A stretch of DNA of 64,000 bases from the human T2T-CHM13v2.0 reference genome, Homo sapiens: the NCBI RefSeq assembly GCF_009914755.1, contig NC_060943.1; one strand, written 5' to 3'. Under the pieces are notes generated by a model. It did not search any database. It had not been told where the DNA came from and saw only the letters and a program-made list of their open reading frames with translations. Of the stretch, positions 12,995 through 32,787 are shown in pieces. Positions within the stretch are counted from its first letter, which is position 1, and each line of letters starts with the position of its first letter. The position numbers and the translations under genes are program-made.

Positions 12995-13305
12995 GGTTTT
13001 TTTATTGAAGTGAAATTCACGTGACATAAAACTGTCTGAAAGTGGACAATTCAGTGGCATTTAGTAGATTCACAGTTGTATGCAAACACCACCTCTATCT
13101 AGTTCCAGAACATTCTCATCCCTCCAAAAGGAGACCCCACCCCGTCAGCAGTCACTCCCCCCTCCCCTCCCCCAGCCCTTGGTGGCACCCATCTGCTTCC
13201 TGTCTCTGCGGATTTGCCTGTTCTGGGCATTTCACGTCAGTGGAGTCATACACAGTGCGGCCTTTTGTGTCTGGCTTCTTGCACTGAGTGTTGTGTTCAA
13301 GGTAA
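12995..13305 (-). mobile_element. Old L1 (L1MB-like) 3' end fragment
   Basis: TTTATTGAAGTGAAATTCAC...CAGTGGCATTTAGT...TTCCAGAACATT...GGATTTGCCTGTTCTGG, same pattern as copies at 35030, 37855, 54330 and 62160. Confidence 0.8.
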
Positions 13306-13357
13306 TAGTGTGTGTGTGAACCTCTGGGCCATGTCCCCACCTCTGCTTTCCCCGCAG

Positions 13358-14451
<1,094 letters not shown>

Positions 14452-16258
14452 CCAATCTGTCTTTACTTGACGCCTGCTGTATGCCAGGCACTATTCTAGT
14501 CCTTGGGATGCAGCAGGGATGACAGTGAAATGGGCACAAGCCCCTGCCCTCAGGGCATCCCCTCAGGACACCTGGAGCAGGACAGCTGGGGGACTGGAGG
14601 GGCATCGAGGGCCGCAGAGACCCTGTGTCTGCCAACACCATGTCCTGGGCTCTGTCTGAGGCCCAGATGAGTTCTCCTCCCTGTCTCCCTGAGCTGTGGG
14701 CACTTCCCCAACGTGACAGAAGAGGCCATGGCGGGCACTGTCTGTCTGTCCCTGTGCCGTGGCCGGGCCGGAAGTGAGAGCACCACAGAGCAGGGCTGTG
14801 GGGTGGGGGGTGCTTTCTCCTCGCCAGCTGGGGGCTGTTGCAGGGCTGAGTGGTCTCCCTCCCTGGGTGACCAGCAGGTGAGCCTCCTTCCTGCCAGGTG
14901 GTGACCCCGCCAGAGAGAGCTGGGCCGCCCTGGGGAGGCTCCCAGGCCCCAGCCCAGGTGTGCCGCTCAGCCACACATTCCCCGAGGCCCGGGCCGCCTG
15001 CCCCATGGGCTCAATGAGGCTGTTGTGGGGGCCGCAGCAGCCGAGCCAACTGGGGCGCCGCTTCTATTTTTATTCTGGATTTGGGGACGGGTGGGCCAGC
15101 CCAGCCAGCAATGCCCTTTAAAGGCTCCCCTGTGCTGGCACTGCAGCCAGCGAGACCTTAAAAGGCAAAGCTCCCTCCTGTCGCCTGCGACCGCCTCTGC
15201 CTTCATCGCATCATGCCCGAGGGCCAGCGTGGACCCGTGGGGACAAGCGGGGCAGGGTCTGGGGAGCTGGCAGCGTACTTACTGCTCCTGGACCGCTCAG
15301 AGATGCTGAAGAGCTGCTTGTTGGGCAGATGTCAGTGGGCGGCCCCGAGATAGTGCCCTGGCAGCTGTCCTTGCCCCTGTAGCCCTGAGCCTGGCTCACA
15401 GGAGGTGCAAGACTAGGGGACAGGCCTCTGTGGGTCAAATGCACAAGGGATGTTCCCTCCTCCTCGGACGGCCATCAGGGGAGGTGCACTGGCAGGAGTG
15501 AGAGTTACTATGCCATGCCATTGCGCCTCCTGGAAGGAACCGCCCATTCCCCTGGAGCTGGGGTGCTCTCCCCTCTTCTGCTGGGGAACACCCTAAACGC
15601 TGTAGGGGAACTGTGACCTAGAACCGTGTGCCTCCCCGCTGCCCTCCCTCACGGGGGCCTGTGTCCCCTCCCACTCTCATGTTCTGCCTCGCAGAGCACA
15701 GCAGTACAAGGGCGGAGCTGGGGTCTCAATGGAGGCTGGGGACGTAGCTGTTGGGTGGGAGGTGCTTCCCCGACCACCTGAGCCTGTCTCTGGAGACAGC
15801 AGTCACCCCAGCACAGCCTCCTGGTGGGGGCTCCATTCCTGGGGACCCTCATTACCTTCCCCTCTTCACATGATGGTTGTTGAGACTCAGGCTGGGCATA
15901 TCAGAGCTGCCTGCTTAGGTCAGTGAACAAGGTGAGGGTTGAACTGTGGTGCACGGCACCTCCAGAGCACTGGCCTTGCAGTTCCTGAGCTCAGGTGTCA
16001 AGTGGGGCTGCAGATCTGTCCCCAGAGCCACAGGGTGTGTTCTCATCCTGCACTGCCATACCTGGCCCCTCTAACCGCACCCCCGACAGGCACATTGTGG
16101 GTGAGGCTGACCCGGGCCACCGCTCCTGCAGCTCCAACACGATCTAGTCATGAAGGGGCAGGGGCAGGGTCCTCTGCAGAGGGGCCAAGCAGGGAGTTGC
16201 TATTTATAGGAAGATGCATGGCTTGGGTGGATTCAAAATCTTTTTTTTTTTTTGCATG

Positions 16259-16600
16259 TTTTTTTTGTTTGTTTGAGACAGAGTCTCACTCTTATTGTCC
16301 AGGCTGCAGTGCAGCATGATCTCGGCTCACTGCAACCTCCAGGTTGGTCTTGAACTCCTGACATCAGGTGATCCACCCACCTCGGCCTCCCAAAGTGCTA
16401 GGATTACAGGCGTGAGCCACTGTGCCTGGCCTTTGCATGTTTTTGTTTGTTTGTTTGTTTGTTTGTTTTTGTGACTGAGTCTCACTCTGTCACCCAGGCT
16501 GGAGTGCAGTGCCAGTGGTCTCGATCTCCTGATCTCATGATCCACCCGCCTGGGCTTCCCAAAGTGCTGGGATTACAGGCATGAGCCACCGCGCCCGGCC
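16259..16600 (-). mobile_element. Two tandem, internally deleted antisense Alus sharing a triplicated target site
   Basis: Each ~165 bp with the middle missing; TTTGCATGTTTTT at ~16251, ~16432 and ~16603. Confidence 0.85.
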
Positions 16601-16760
16601 CCTTTGCATGTTTTTAATGAGCATTCCGCCTACTTTCCTCTTGCTGGCTGTGCCCTGTGTTCTGTGTCCCCAGGCTACTGTTCCCCAGGCCAGATCATTC
16701 CTGGCTGGCCAAAACACCCCTCAGCCACTGCGAGCCACACGTTGTGTTTCTGCCCTTCAG

Positions 16761-18342
16761 GGCCATGTTCACCGGCGGCATGCGGGAGGCAAGCCAGGAC
16801 GTCATCGAGCTGAAGGGCGTGTCGGCCCGTGGCCTGCGGCACATCATCGACTTCGCCTACAGCGCCGAGGTGACACTGGACCTGGACTGCGTGCAGGACG
16901 TGCTGGGCGCGGCCGTGTTCTTGCAGATGCTGCCCGTGGTGGAGCTGTGCGAGGAGTTCCTGAAGGCGGCCATGAGCGTGGAGACCTGCCTCAACATCGG
17001 CCAGATGGCCACCACCTTCAGCCTGGCCTCGCTGCGAGAGTCGGTGGATGCCTTCACCTTCCGGCACTTCCTGCAGATCGCCGAGGAGGAGGATTTCCTG
17101 CGCCTGCCACTGGAGCGCCTGGTCTTCTTCCTGCAGAGCAACCGGCTGCAGAGCTGTGCCGAGATCGACCTGTTCCGCGCGGCCGTCCGCTGGCTGCAGC
17201 ATGACCCGGCCCGGCGGCCGCGCGCCAGCCACGTGCTCTGCCACATTCGCTTCCCGCTCATGCAGTCGTCCGAGCTGGTGGACAGCGTGCAGACGCTGGA
17301 CATCATGGTGGAGGACGTGCTGTGCCGCCAGTATCTGCTGGAGGCCTTCAACTACCAGGTGCTGCCCTTCCGGCAGCACGAGATGCAGTCTCCGCGCACC
17401 GCCGTGCGCTCGGATGTGCCCTCGCTCGTCACCTTCGGCGGCACGCCCTACACCGACAGCGACCGCTCGGTCAGCAGCAAGGTCTACCAGCTGCCTGAGC
17501 CGGGAGCCCGCCACTTCCGCGAGCTCACGGAGATGGAGGTAGGCTGCAGCCACACGTGCGTGGCCGTGCTGGACAATTTTGTGTACGTGGCCGGGGGGCA
17601 GCACCTGCAGTACCGCAGCGGCGAGGGCGCAGTGGACGCCTGCTACCGCTACGACCCCCACCTGAATCGCTGGCTGCGCCTGCAGGCCATGCAGGAAAGC
17701 CGCATCCAGTTCCAGCTGAACGTGCTGTGCGGCATGGTGTACGCCACGGGCGGCCGCAACCGAGCCGGCAGCCTGGCCTCCGTGGAGCGGTACTGCCCCC
17801 GGCGCAATGAGTGGGGCTACGCCTGCTCGCTGAAGCGCCGTACCTGGGGCCATGCTGGGGCCGCCTCAGGGGGCCGCCTCTACATCTCGGGTGGCTACGG
17901 GATCTCAGTGGAGGACAAGAAGGCCCTGCACTGCTACGACCCCGTGGCCGACCAGTGGGAGTTCAAGGCGCCCATGAGCGAACCCCGCGTGCTACACGCC
18001 ATGGTGGGTGCCGGCGGCCGCATCTATGCCCTCGGGGGCCGCATGGACCACGTGGACCGCTGCTTCGACGTGCTGGCTGTGGAGTACTATGTGCCGGAGA
18101 CGGACCAGTGGACCAGCGTGAGCCCCATGCGGGCCGGCCAGTCAGAGGCCGGCTGCTGCCTGCTGGAGAGGAAGATCTACATCGTCGGGGGCTACAACTG
18201 GCGTCTCAACAACGTCACGGGCATCGTACAGGTGTACAACACGGACACCGACGAGTGGGAGCGGGACCTGCACTTCCCGGAGTCCTTCGCAGGCATAGCC
18301 TGCGCCCCCGTCCTGCTGCCCCGGGCCGGGACCAGGAGGTAG
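16761..18342 (+). CDS. KLHL26: KLHL26 last coding exon: rest of BTB, BACK domain and Kelch propeller; stop TAG 18340-18342
   Basis: Acceptor TTTCTGCCCTTCAG|G joins in frame to exon 2 (YFR-AMFTGGMRE); Kelch GG/Y/W motifs (YVAGG, YATGG, YISGG, YALGG, YIVGG); strong GC3 bias. Confidence 0.98.
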
Positions 18343-20310
<1,968 letters not shown>

Positions 20311-20871
20311 TGACGCTCCTGTGTGGCAGCCATCGGGGCTGGGGTAACACTAGAGGCTGAGGGGGTGGGCAGTGCTAAAATAGGAACATGGTTGGGAACC
20401 TAAAAGAAGCCCACACTGTCAGGGGCATCGAGACAAAAGCCGAGTTCCCTGGGGACTTACCAGAACATTCCAGCCCCACCCCTGACCTGAGCTCCCCCAA
20501 AGAGAACCCTTCCCCACTGGAGGCATGGCCCCTTCAGGGGAGCAGTGAGAAGCTTTGCCAGCTGCAAGTCCCCTGGATCAGCTCACACCTCAGAACATCT
20601 TGTCCCCAGTGAGCTGGCAGGGGCGCCGGCCCAGGGCGGGGGGCGCTGCTGTATCTAACCGGGTCGATTGTGCATAACCGTCTAGGCCGGTTCGTGGAAT
20701 GTTCGTGGGGCCCCCTGCCCCTCCCTCAGCCTCCCCCCGCATCCCCCCAAGAAAGGAAAATTATTTTTCGTATTGTAAACTTTAAACATGAAAAAGCTGT
20801 TTTTAATTTAGCAGAAACTGGCTTGAATCTTCACTTTGTGAACGTTTGTGTCCTTCAGAGGCAGAATATGC

Positions 20872-21070
20872 CTGCGCACACTCGCACATGCTCATGCACA
20901 CACCTGCACACGCATGCCGCAACACGCACATTCACATGGCCGTGCTCGTGCACGCCTGCACACGCATGCTTGCCCATACCCACGCATTGCAGCGCGTTCA
21001 CACGCTCACCCGCACACAGTGAAACACAAGCTCACACATATGCACACACACACATATCTGTGCATGCACC
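20872..21070. repeat. Degenerate (CA/CG/TG)n alternating purine-pyrimidine tract
   Basis: GCACACACCTGCACACGCATG-type units. Confidence 0.85.
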
Positions 21071-22265
21071 CCTGGACCAGCGTAGCCCAATCTGCCTGGC
21101 GGCCCAAAGGGGTCTGGAGCCCGGCACCGCCCCGAGCCTGGGGGAAGCCTGTCTACTTCCAGATGCCCTGCCTACTCGCTGAGGCCTGGACGCCGGCTGC
21201 AGGAGCCTCCCTTGCACCTGGGCTCAGGCTGTGGGAAAACGCTGTCTCTCGGGACGGTCAGATGCAGGCCCGCAAGAGGGAGGCCAAGTGCGACTTCTGG
21301 GGCCTCTCAGCAAGTGAGGGCCAAGGGGGCCTCTGGGGAGCCGTGTGAGGTGGGAATCCGCCCCGGACCTGGCCAGCTTGGAAACCTGCCCCTGGCTCTG
21401 TCTCCGAGGAAGCAGCTCCAGCTCGTCCGTTCTCACGGGCCCTGGAGATTCACTTTGCACGGTGCAGCCTCGGACCCTGCTCTTCCTCGGGGCGCCTGAC
21501 CGTGGATCTCAGCGGCCTGGCGCCTAACACAGAGCCTGGCACCGACGGAGCATAGCTCGAATGTTTGCTGCACAAAGGAGAGGTGCTGGGGCGGGAAGGT
21601 GAGGGCAGCCTTCTTCACACTAGTGGCCGTGGGCACCTTCTGTGTGCAAACCCCGGGGAAAGGAGGGCACCAAGCTGTGCTCCACCCCCAGCAAGGCCCC
21701 TGCTTTGTTCTCGTCTTCCTGTCGCTCTCATTCTGGTGGCCAGCCGGGCAGCCATTCCTCCCTCCTCACCATCAGATCCCTGATTTGGTGCCAGCAGCAA
21801 CGTGCCCAGCCTCTGGGGTTAAGATTCAGCTGAGCCGTTCTTGGCAATGCCTTTTGCCGGGGTTGTTTGTAATCTGGGCGTGTTTCCCAGCTCTGGCCAG
21901 CAAGCTTGAAGGGGTCGGGTGTTTCTGGACAAGGGAGAGAGAGGCCTTGTTGCCCCCTTCCCTTCCTTACTGCTTCTTATGAGGACACAATGCCAGGGGC
22001 TTCTGCAGCCATCTTGTGGCCAGGAGGAGCAAGTTAAGAGAGCACACTCAGGCTGGGCGCAGTGGCTCACGCCTGTAATCCCAGAGCTTTAGGAGGCCGA
22101 GGCAGGAGGGTTGCTTGAGTCCAAGAGTTCAAGACCAGCCCTGAGTGACATAGTGAGAACTTAACTCTACAAAAAAAAAAAAGCTCGTCAGGGTGACACA
22201 CGCCTGTAGTCCCAGCCACTCAGGGAGGCTGAAGTGGGAGGATCACCTGAGCCCAGGAGTTCTAG

Positions 22266-22794
<529 letters not shown>

Positions 22795-22832
22795 TAGCCA
22801 ACCAACCAGTTTTGCAATACACACATTGGCTA

Positions 22833-23153
<321 letters not shown>

Positions 23154-23986
23154 CTAGAGTCAGTTTCTGTTGCTTACAAGTAAAAACCCTGACATGAGAT
23201 GGGAATACTCCAGCATCTGTCACATTTACATTATAATTTTGGAACTGCTTGGTGACAAGCATATCTGGCCATTAGTGTTTTCTGCAGTGCAGACATTATT
23301 TCTCATAACAAGGAGACTGGAGGTCAGAGGTGCCAGGATGTTATGACTGGTGGCCCATGATTTCTGGGAGGGGGCATGACTATGCCTCTCTCTTTCTTTC
23401 TTTCTTTATTTTTTTTTGGTTTAGAGACTGTATTCCCAGCACTTTGGGAGGCTGAGGCAGGCAGATCTCTTGAGCTCAGGAGTTGGAGACCAGCAACACA
23501 GCAAAACCCTGTCTCTACAAAAAATAGAAGAATTAGCCTGGCATAGTGGCATGCACCTGTAGTCCCAGCTACACAGGAGGGTGAGGTGAGGATAGGTTGA
23601 GCCCTGAAGATCAAGGCTGCAGTGAGCTGTGATTGTGCCACTGCACTCCAGCCTGGGTAACACAGTGAGACCCTGTCTCCAAAAAAAAAAAAAAAAAGAA
23701 AAAAGAAAAAAGTAAACAAGGGAATCAAAGGCGTGAGGCAACTAGGCCTTCAGCTGAAATTATGCCAGAGGACGATCCTGCCACCACTGCAGAATCCAGA
23801 CGCCTCCGTTGGCACTGCCATCTGCCCTGGGCACTCAGCCACAGCTGCCCCTAGAAAACAGATGGCCCTGCCCCGATGCTGTTTCTCTGTAGCACTTGTG
23901 CCTGCATGGAAACATCCCGGAGGCCCAACCAGTATCCCACGCCATTCCCCAGCTGTCCCAGGAGTGGTGAAAGTGAGTACATTCGT

Positions 23987-24900
<914 letters not shown>

Positions 24901-25046
24901 AATAGTTCGATGGGTCACCCTTGGCTTGGGGGCCTCTCTTGTTAGCAGGGTGACCAACTTCCCTCTGTGGGGGGACTCCCCAAACTTGGATGGGGACCCT
25001 GATGCTGGCAACCAAAAAGAAAGGCCCGTTCTGCATCTCCTTAGCA

Positions 25047-25066
25047 GCCACTGCCCCCTGGAGGTC
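25047..25066 (-). promoter_or_regulatory. Candidate CTCF site
   Basis: Minus strand GACCTCCAGGGGGCAGTGGC fits the CCnCnAGRKGGCR core. Confidence 0.5.
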
Positions 25067-25819
25067 GAGGTATCCCTCTTTTTTGTTTGTTTGTTTCAGG
25101 TGAGTGGGGGCTGTGAGTGCCCCAGGATCTTGGAAAGCAGGATGGGGGTCTGGATGTAGGGAGGTCAATGGGGCCTTGGCCAAGTTTCAGGGCATGGACA
25201 CTGTAGGTGTCCCTGGGAGCATGCCCAAGTCTCTCTATGTTGCCCAGGCTGGTTTCAAACTCCTGAGCTCAAGCAGTCCTCCTGCCTCTGCCTCCCAAAG
25301 TGCTGAGAATATAGGCACAAGCCAATGCATCCAGCCAACCAACCAGTTTTCCAACACGCACTTCAGCTATCTATCCCTCAGCACAAGTGGCTGGGTCCCT
25401 AGACTTGAACCATGGGTCCCCCGCCTGCCCAGTTCCAGCCTCTCACTACCCTCCTTGGCGGCCCACCCCGTCCCACCCTCCATCCACCACTAAAGCCTGG
25501 GTGGGAGGACGAGGGGCCTGGGTCCTCCTGTAACCTTATCGTAAGGAGGGGCATCGCTGGCTTCTCTTGGGTCCTTTCCCTCTCTCTTCATGATCAGACC
25601 CAGCTTTTGCTTTGCCCTTTAAAAACTCTGTACGATGAGAGCCTCTTTTGGAAGTCAGAGACAGACCAGGGATTGTTTTCCTCTTTGCCTCTCAGCTCCA
25701 ATGGCCCTAATTCACCTCCACACGACGTGGGTACCCCAAATCGACTAAGATCCCATATAAGGAAGAGCTGAGAAGCAAAGCATGAAAACTAACATGGCGA
25801 AGTAGCGTTTTGCTTTCCT

Positions 25820-25990
25820 AACAGTTGCTGAGTGCTTGGATGAAGCAGGCACTGAGCTAAGTGCTTTCCATGTGTTATCTGTTTCATCTTTCCAAGAGCC
25901 TGCTATGAGGAGCACCACTGTCCACATTTAGCAGAGGAGGGCAGTGAGGCTCAGAGAGGTGAAGACAGTTTTCCATTGTCACACAGCTTG
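25820..25990. mobile_element. MIR fragment
   Basis: CAGGCACTGAGCTAAGTGCTTT...CAGAGGAGGGCAGTGAGGCTCAGAGAGGTGAAG core. Confidence 0.7.
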
Positions 25991-26545
25991 ACAACTGATA
26001 AGTGTTGGACCACACAGAAATGCTCAAGAGTTTCTTGATCTCCCGGGTCAAGCAATTCTCCTTCCTCAGCCTCCCAGGTAGCTGGGTTTACAGGCGTGCA
26101 CCACCACGCCTAGTTAATGTTTTTTTTGCATTTTTAGTAGAGACGGTGTTTCACCATGTTGGCCAGGCTGGTCTCAAACTCCTGACCTCAGGTGATCCGC
26201 CCACCTCAGTCCCCCAAAGTGCTGACATTACAGGTGTGGAGGTGGAGGTTGCAGTGAGCCGAGCTCACGCCACTGCACTCCAGCCTGGGTGACAGAGCAA
26301 GACTCTGTCTTAAAAACGCACAAACGAATGAACAAAAACACATAAGAAATCACGTGTGTCTGTGCCCTTTCCACATTCCACAGGCACACAGGGAACTCTG
26401 GCCTGGCCCTGGCCTCTTTGGGAAAGGCGAACATAATCTCAGCTCAATCTACAAGGGATCAGATGAGACCGCACAAACAGCTGCCTTCAGAGAGTGGGAT
26501 GTTTCTGGGTCATGGGAAGAGACGCTGGAGGTCCACTTCAGCTAG

Positions 26546-27035
<490 letters not shown>

Positions 27036-27785
27036 TAAGTGCGATGGGAGTGTGGGATCTGCCCTGCTTTGCAAAGCCCGCAGGGCTGCTGTGAGGAGCA
27101 GTGTTGGACCACACTGGGTGACAGCAAGTTCCTTTGATGAAGGAAGAAAGTGAAAACCTCAGGGTTGGTTTCTGCCCGGGTCACTGGACACTGAAGCCTC
27201 GCCCTTCTCAGGGCTGGGGGTCAGTGGAGCAAGAAGCGGGGCTTGGGCTGCTGTCTGGCCATTGCACAATGAGCGGGCTGGCTGCTTCCTCTGACTCATC
27301 ACCAGGGTTTAGGATGGATCAAGTTTCATGCCAGGCGGGCCGCGGGGTGAATGGGGGTGAGTAGGAAGAGCAGCAGACTTACTTCTGCACATGCCCAGGA
27401 TGGCTCCTTGCTGTAACCCCTGCTAGTCCCCAAAATCTTTTCTCTTCCATCTTCCTGTGTCTGGAAACTGGCTTAGTGCAGATATATGTAAGTGATCAGG
27501 GTAAGTGGCATTTATGGAGCACCTCTTAGTGAGACACATATTAACATATGTTAACATACTAACATATTAACGTATGTTGACACATACGAATTTCATTTAA
27601 AGCCTACAGGGCCAGGTGCAGTGGCTCACGCCTATAATCCTAGCACTTTGCGAAGCCGAGCCAGGAGGATCACTTGAGGTCAGGAGTTCGAAAGCAACCT
27701 GGCCAACATGGCAAAACCCCGTCTCTACTAAAAATACAAAAATTAGCCGGGTGTGGTGGCCTACACCTGTAGTCACAGCTACTCA

Positions 27786-27938
<153 letters not shown>

Positions 27939-28201
27939 TCAGCTACTCGGGAGGCTGAAGTAGGAGGAGAATTGCTTGAACCAGGGAGGCGGAGGTTGGA
28001 AGTTGCAGTGAACAGAGATCGCAACACTGTACTCCAGCTTGGGTAACAGAGCGAAACTGTGTCTCAAAAAAGAAAAAAAAAAAAAGATACATGTAATTGA
28101 TTAGGGTAAGTGGCATCAATTACGGAGCACTTCTTAGAAGTAAGGCAGTTGACACTTATTAACTTCATTTATTTTATTTATTTATTTATGTATTTTTTTG
28201 A

Positions 28202-28360
<159 letters not shown>

Positions 28361-28645
28361 TAGTAGAGACGGGGTTTCTCCATGTTGGTCAGGCTGGTCT
28401 CAAACTCCTGACCTCAGGTGAGCCGCCCGCCTCAGCCTCCCAAAGTGCTGGGATTACAGGCGTGAGCCACCACGCCTGGCTAACTTCATTTAAAGCCTAC
28501 AAAACTCAGTGTGTGAAAGCAGCTGAGGTCGGCTGTGAGGCCTGAGTTTTGGTGCATAAGTTGCTAGGGCAGCTGCTGTCCCTGCTCTCTGTCTTTATTT
28601 CTTCTCTGACCTCACAGGATGCTGTCAAGAACTAGAAGCCGGTCA

Positions 28646-29005
<360 letters not shown>

Positions 29006-29554
29006 TCAGTCAGAACCAGGAACAGAAAAAGGACTTGAAATAGATTTAGGCAGGCCAGGCACGGTGGTGCACACATGTAATCTCAGCACTTTGGGAGGCT
29101 GAGGGGGGCGGATCACTTGAGCCCAGGAGTTTGAGACCAGCCTGAGCAACAGGATGAATCCTGTCTCTACAAAAACCACAAAACATTAGCCAGGCATGAT
29201 GATGCACACCTGTAGTCCCAGCTACCTGGAAGGCTGAGGTGGGGGGATCACCTGAGCCTAAGGGTTGGGGCTTCAGTGAGCATGATCATGCCACTGCACT
29301 CCAGCCTGGGCAACAAAGTGAGACCCTGTCTGAAAAAACAAACAAACAAACAAACAAGAAAACAAATAGACAAGCACAAAAGGGAATAAATTTTTGGCCT
29401 ACATAACTTAAAAGGCAGGTGAGTCTAGCTTCAGGAATGGCTGGATCCAGAAGCTCAGGCTGGAGTACAGTAATGTGATCTCGGCTCACTGCAACCTCTG
29501 CCTCCTGGATTCAAGCTGTTCTCCTGCCTCAGCCTCCCAAGTAGCTGGGATTAG

Positions 29555-29755
<201 letters not shown>

Positions 29756-30628
29756 TGAACTAATCTTTTGTTTTTTTTTGAGACAAAGTCTCCCTCTGTT
29801 GCCCAGGCTAGAGTGAAGTGGCGCTATCTTGGCTCACTGCAACCTCCACCTCCTGGGTTCAAGTGATTTTCCTGCCTCAGCCTCCCCAGCAGCTGGAATT
29901 ACAGGCGTGTGCCACCGCGTCTGGCTAATTTTTTTTGTATTTTTAGTCGAGATGGGGTTTCACCATGTTGGCCAGTCTGGTCTCAAACTCCTGACCTCAG
30001 GTGATCTGCCCGCCTCTGCCTCCAAAAGTGTAGGGATTACAGTCATGACCCAGGGCCCAGCCTGTTTTTTGTTTGTTTGTTTGTTTGTTTGTTTGAGACA
30101 GGGTCTTGCTCTGTCACCCAGGCTGGAGTGCAGTGCATTATCATAGCTCACTGCAGCCTCCATCTCCCAGGCTCAAGCAATCCTCCTGTCTCAGCCTCCT
30201 GAGTAGCTGGGATTATAAGCAGGCATCACCACGCGCAGGTAATTTTTTTATTTTTAGTGGAGATTAAATCTCGCTATGTTGCCCAGGCTGGTCTCAAGCT
30301 CCTGGGCTCAAATGATCCTCCTGCCTCGGCCTCCCAAGTTCTGGGATTACAGGCATGAGCCACAACACCCAGCCTGGCCTGAACCAATCTTGATGGCCAG
30401 CACAATGGGCTATGCTGATTGGCCAAGACTTCCACCTTAGGGAGGGGTGTTTGTGTGGTGGGAGAGTGGTGAGACCAGCCATTCACATCTCACAGACTGA
30501 AAGTCAGAACCAGTGTTCCCCAAATAAGGGTTGTTGACACTAAAAAGTTGAGGGAGTGGGTGGGGTTGAGAGAAGGAATATGCTTGTTAGGCAAAAAGTA
30601 TAGGAGCTTACCAAAGTGCGCAAAATCA

Positions 30629-31452
<824 letters not shown>

Positions 31453-31455
31453 TTA

Positions 31456-31962
<507 letters not shown>

Positions 31963-32194
31963 TCAAGGGAAAAAAAAAAAAAAAAAAAGAAAGTCGTTAA
32001 GGGCAACAGCTAGGTTTATGGACTGAGAGAGCCGATTGCAGGGTTCAGGTCTTAGCTAAGATAACTTTCCGCCTCCCTGTCTGTGGTGGCTGCAGGAGCC
32101 TCCCTCCCTAATGTTCTGTGGCTGGCCACTGGTCTTATTTACCGCATCACATTTACCTCCATCTGAAAAGTTCTTGGTTATTTGTGTGCTATGT

Positions 32195-32320
32195 CTGCCC
32201 CCTCTCTGACTGTACACTCCATAAGGGCAGGGATCACCTCTGCTTGTTCACGCCTGTACTCCAGTTTGCCTGGCACATAGTAGGTGCTCAGTAAATATTC
32301 CTTGAATGAATGAATGCATG
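32195..32320 (+). mobile_element. L2 3' end just upstream of the CRTC1 promoter
   Basis: CTCCATAAGGGCAGGGA...CCTGGCACATAGTAGGTGCTCAGTAAATATT...TGAATGAATGAATG. Confidence 0.8.
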
Positions 32321-32763
32321 AGTGACCAACGCCCTAGTCTGTTTTCAGAGCTCTTAGTCCAAACCCAGGTTCAACTTGGGGTGCCACCAATCCTTGCGGG
32401 GGGGGGTGCCTGGCCCCACCCTTGTGAATTGGGAGGATCTGGGTCAGGCCGTCTCCCTCTTGGGGGCTCCAGTGCCCCAGCCGATCCGCGGTCCTTGTCC
32501 AACAGCCCAGAGGCCGCTGTCCAGCGGGCCAGGAGGCGGATCACTGCGTCGGCGTTGAAATTTCCACTCGCGCTCCACCGCCCTTCCCGCGGGCCCCGAG
32601 CGCGCGCCTGGGCGCGCGCATGCGCCTTCGCCCCCGCGCCGCGCGCCGCTCCTGTGCGCCTGCGCCGCGCTCACGACCGCCGGCGCGCCTGCGCACTGCT
32701 CGCCGCCCGTGGGCCCAGCCGGCGCTTGCGCGGTGGCACGGGCGAGTGGGGGGGCGAGGAGGT

Positions 32764-32787
32764 GGAGGAGGAGGAGGAGGAGGAGGA
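32764..32787 (+). repeat. (GGA)8 trinucleotide repeat just 5' of the CRTC1 start codon
   Basis: GGA GGT (GGA)8 GGT GGC GGC GAG AAG ATG. Confidence 0.95.

Noticed and set aside
16657-16760. Track start of the 561-aa ORF (MFCVPR...)
   Set aside because: A GTG inside the intron's pyrimidine tract; the real frame enters by splicing from exon 2
16675-17853. 392-aa antisense ORF
   Set aside because: Shadow of the GC3-rich KLHL26 exon; no independent gene signals
20872-21071. Seven TGCRCNC metal-response-element cores
   Set aside because: Expected by composition in a degenerate CA/TG repeat
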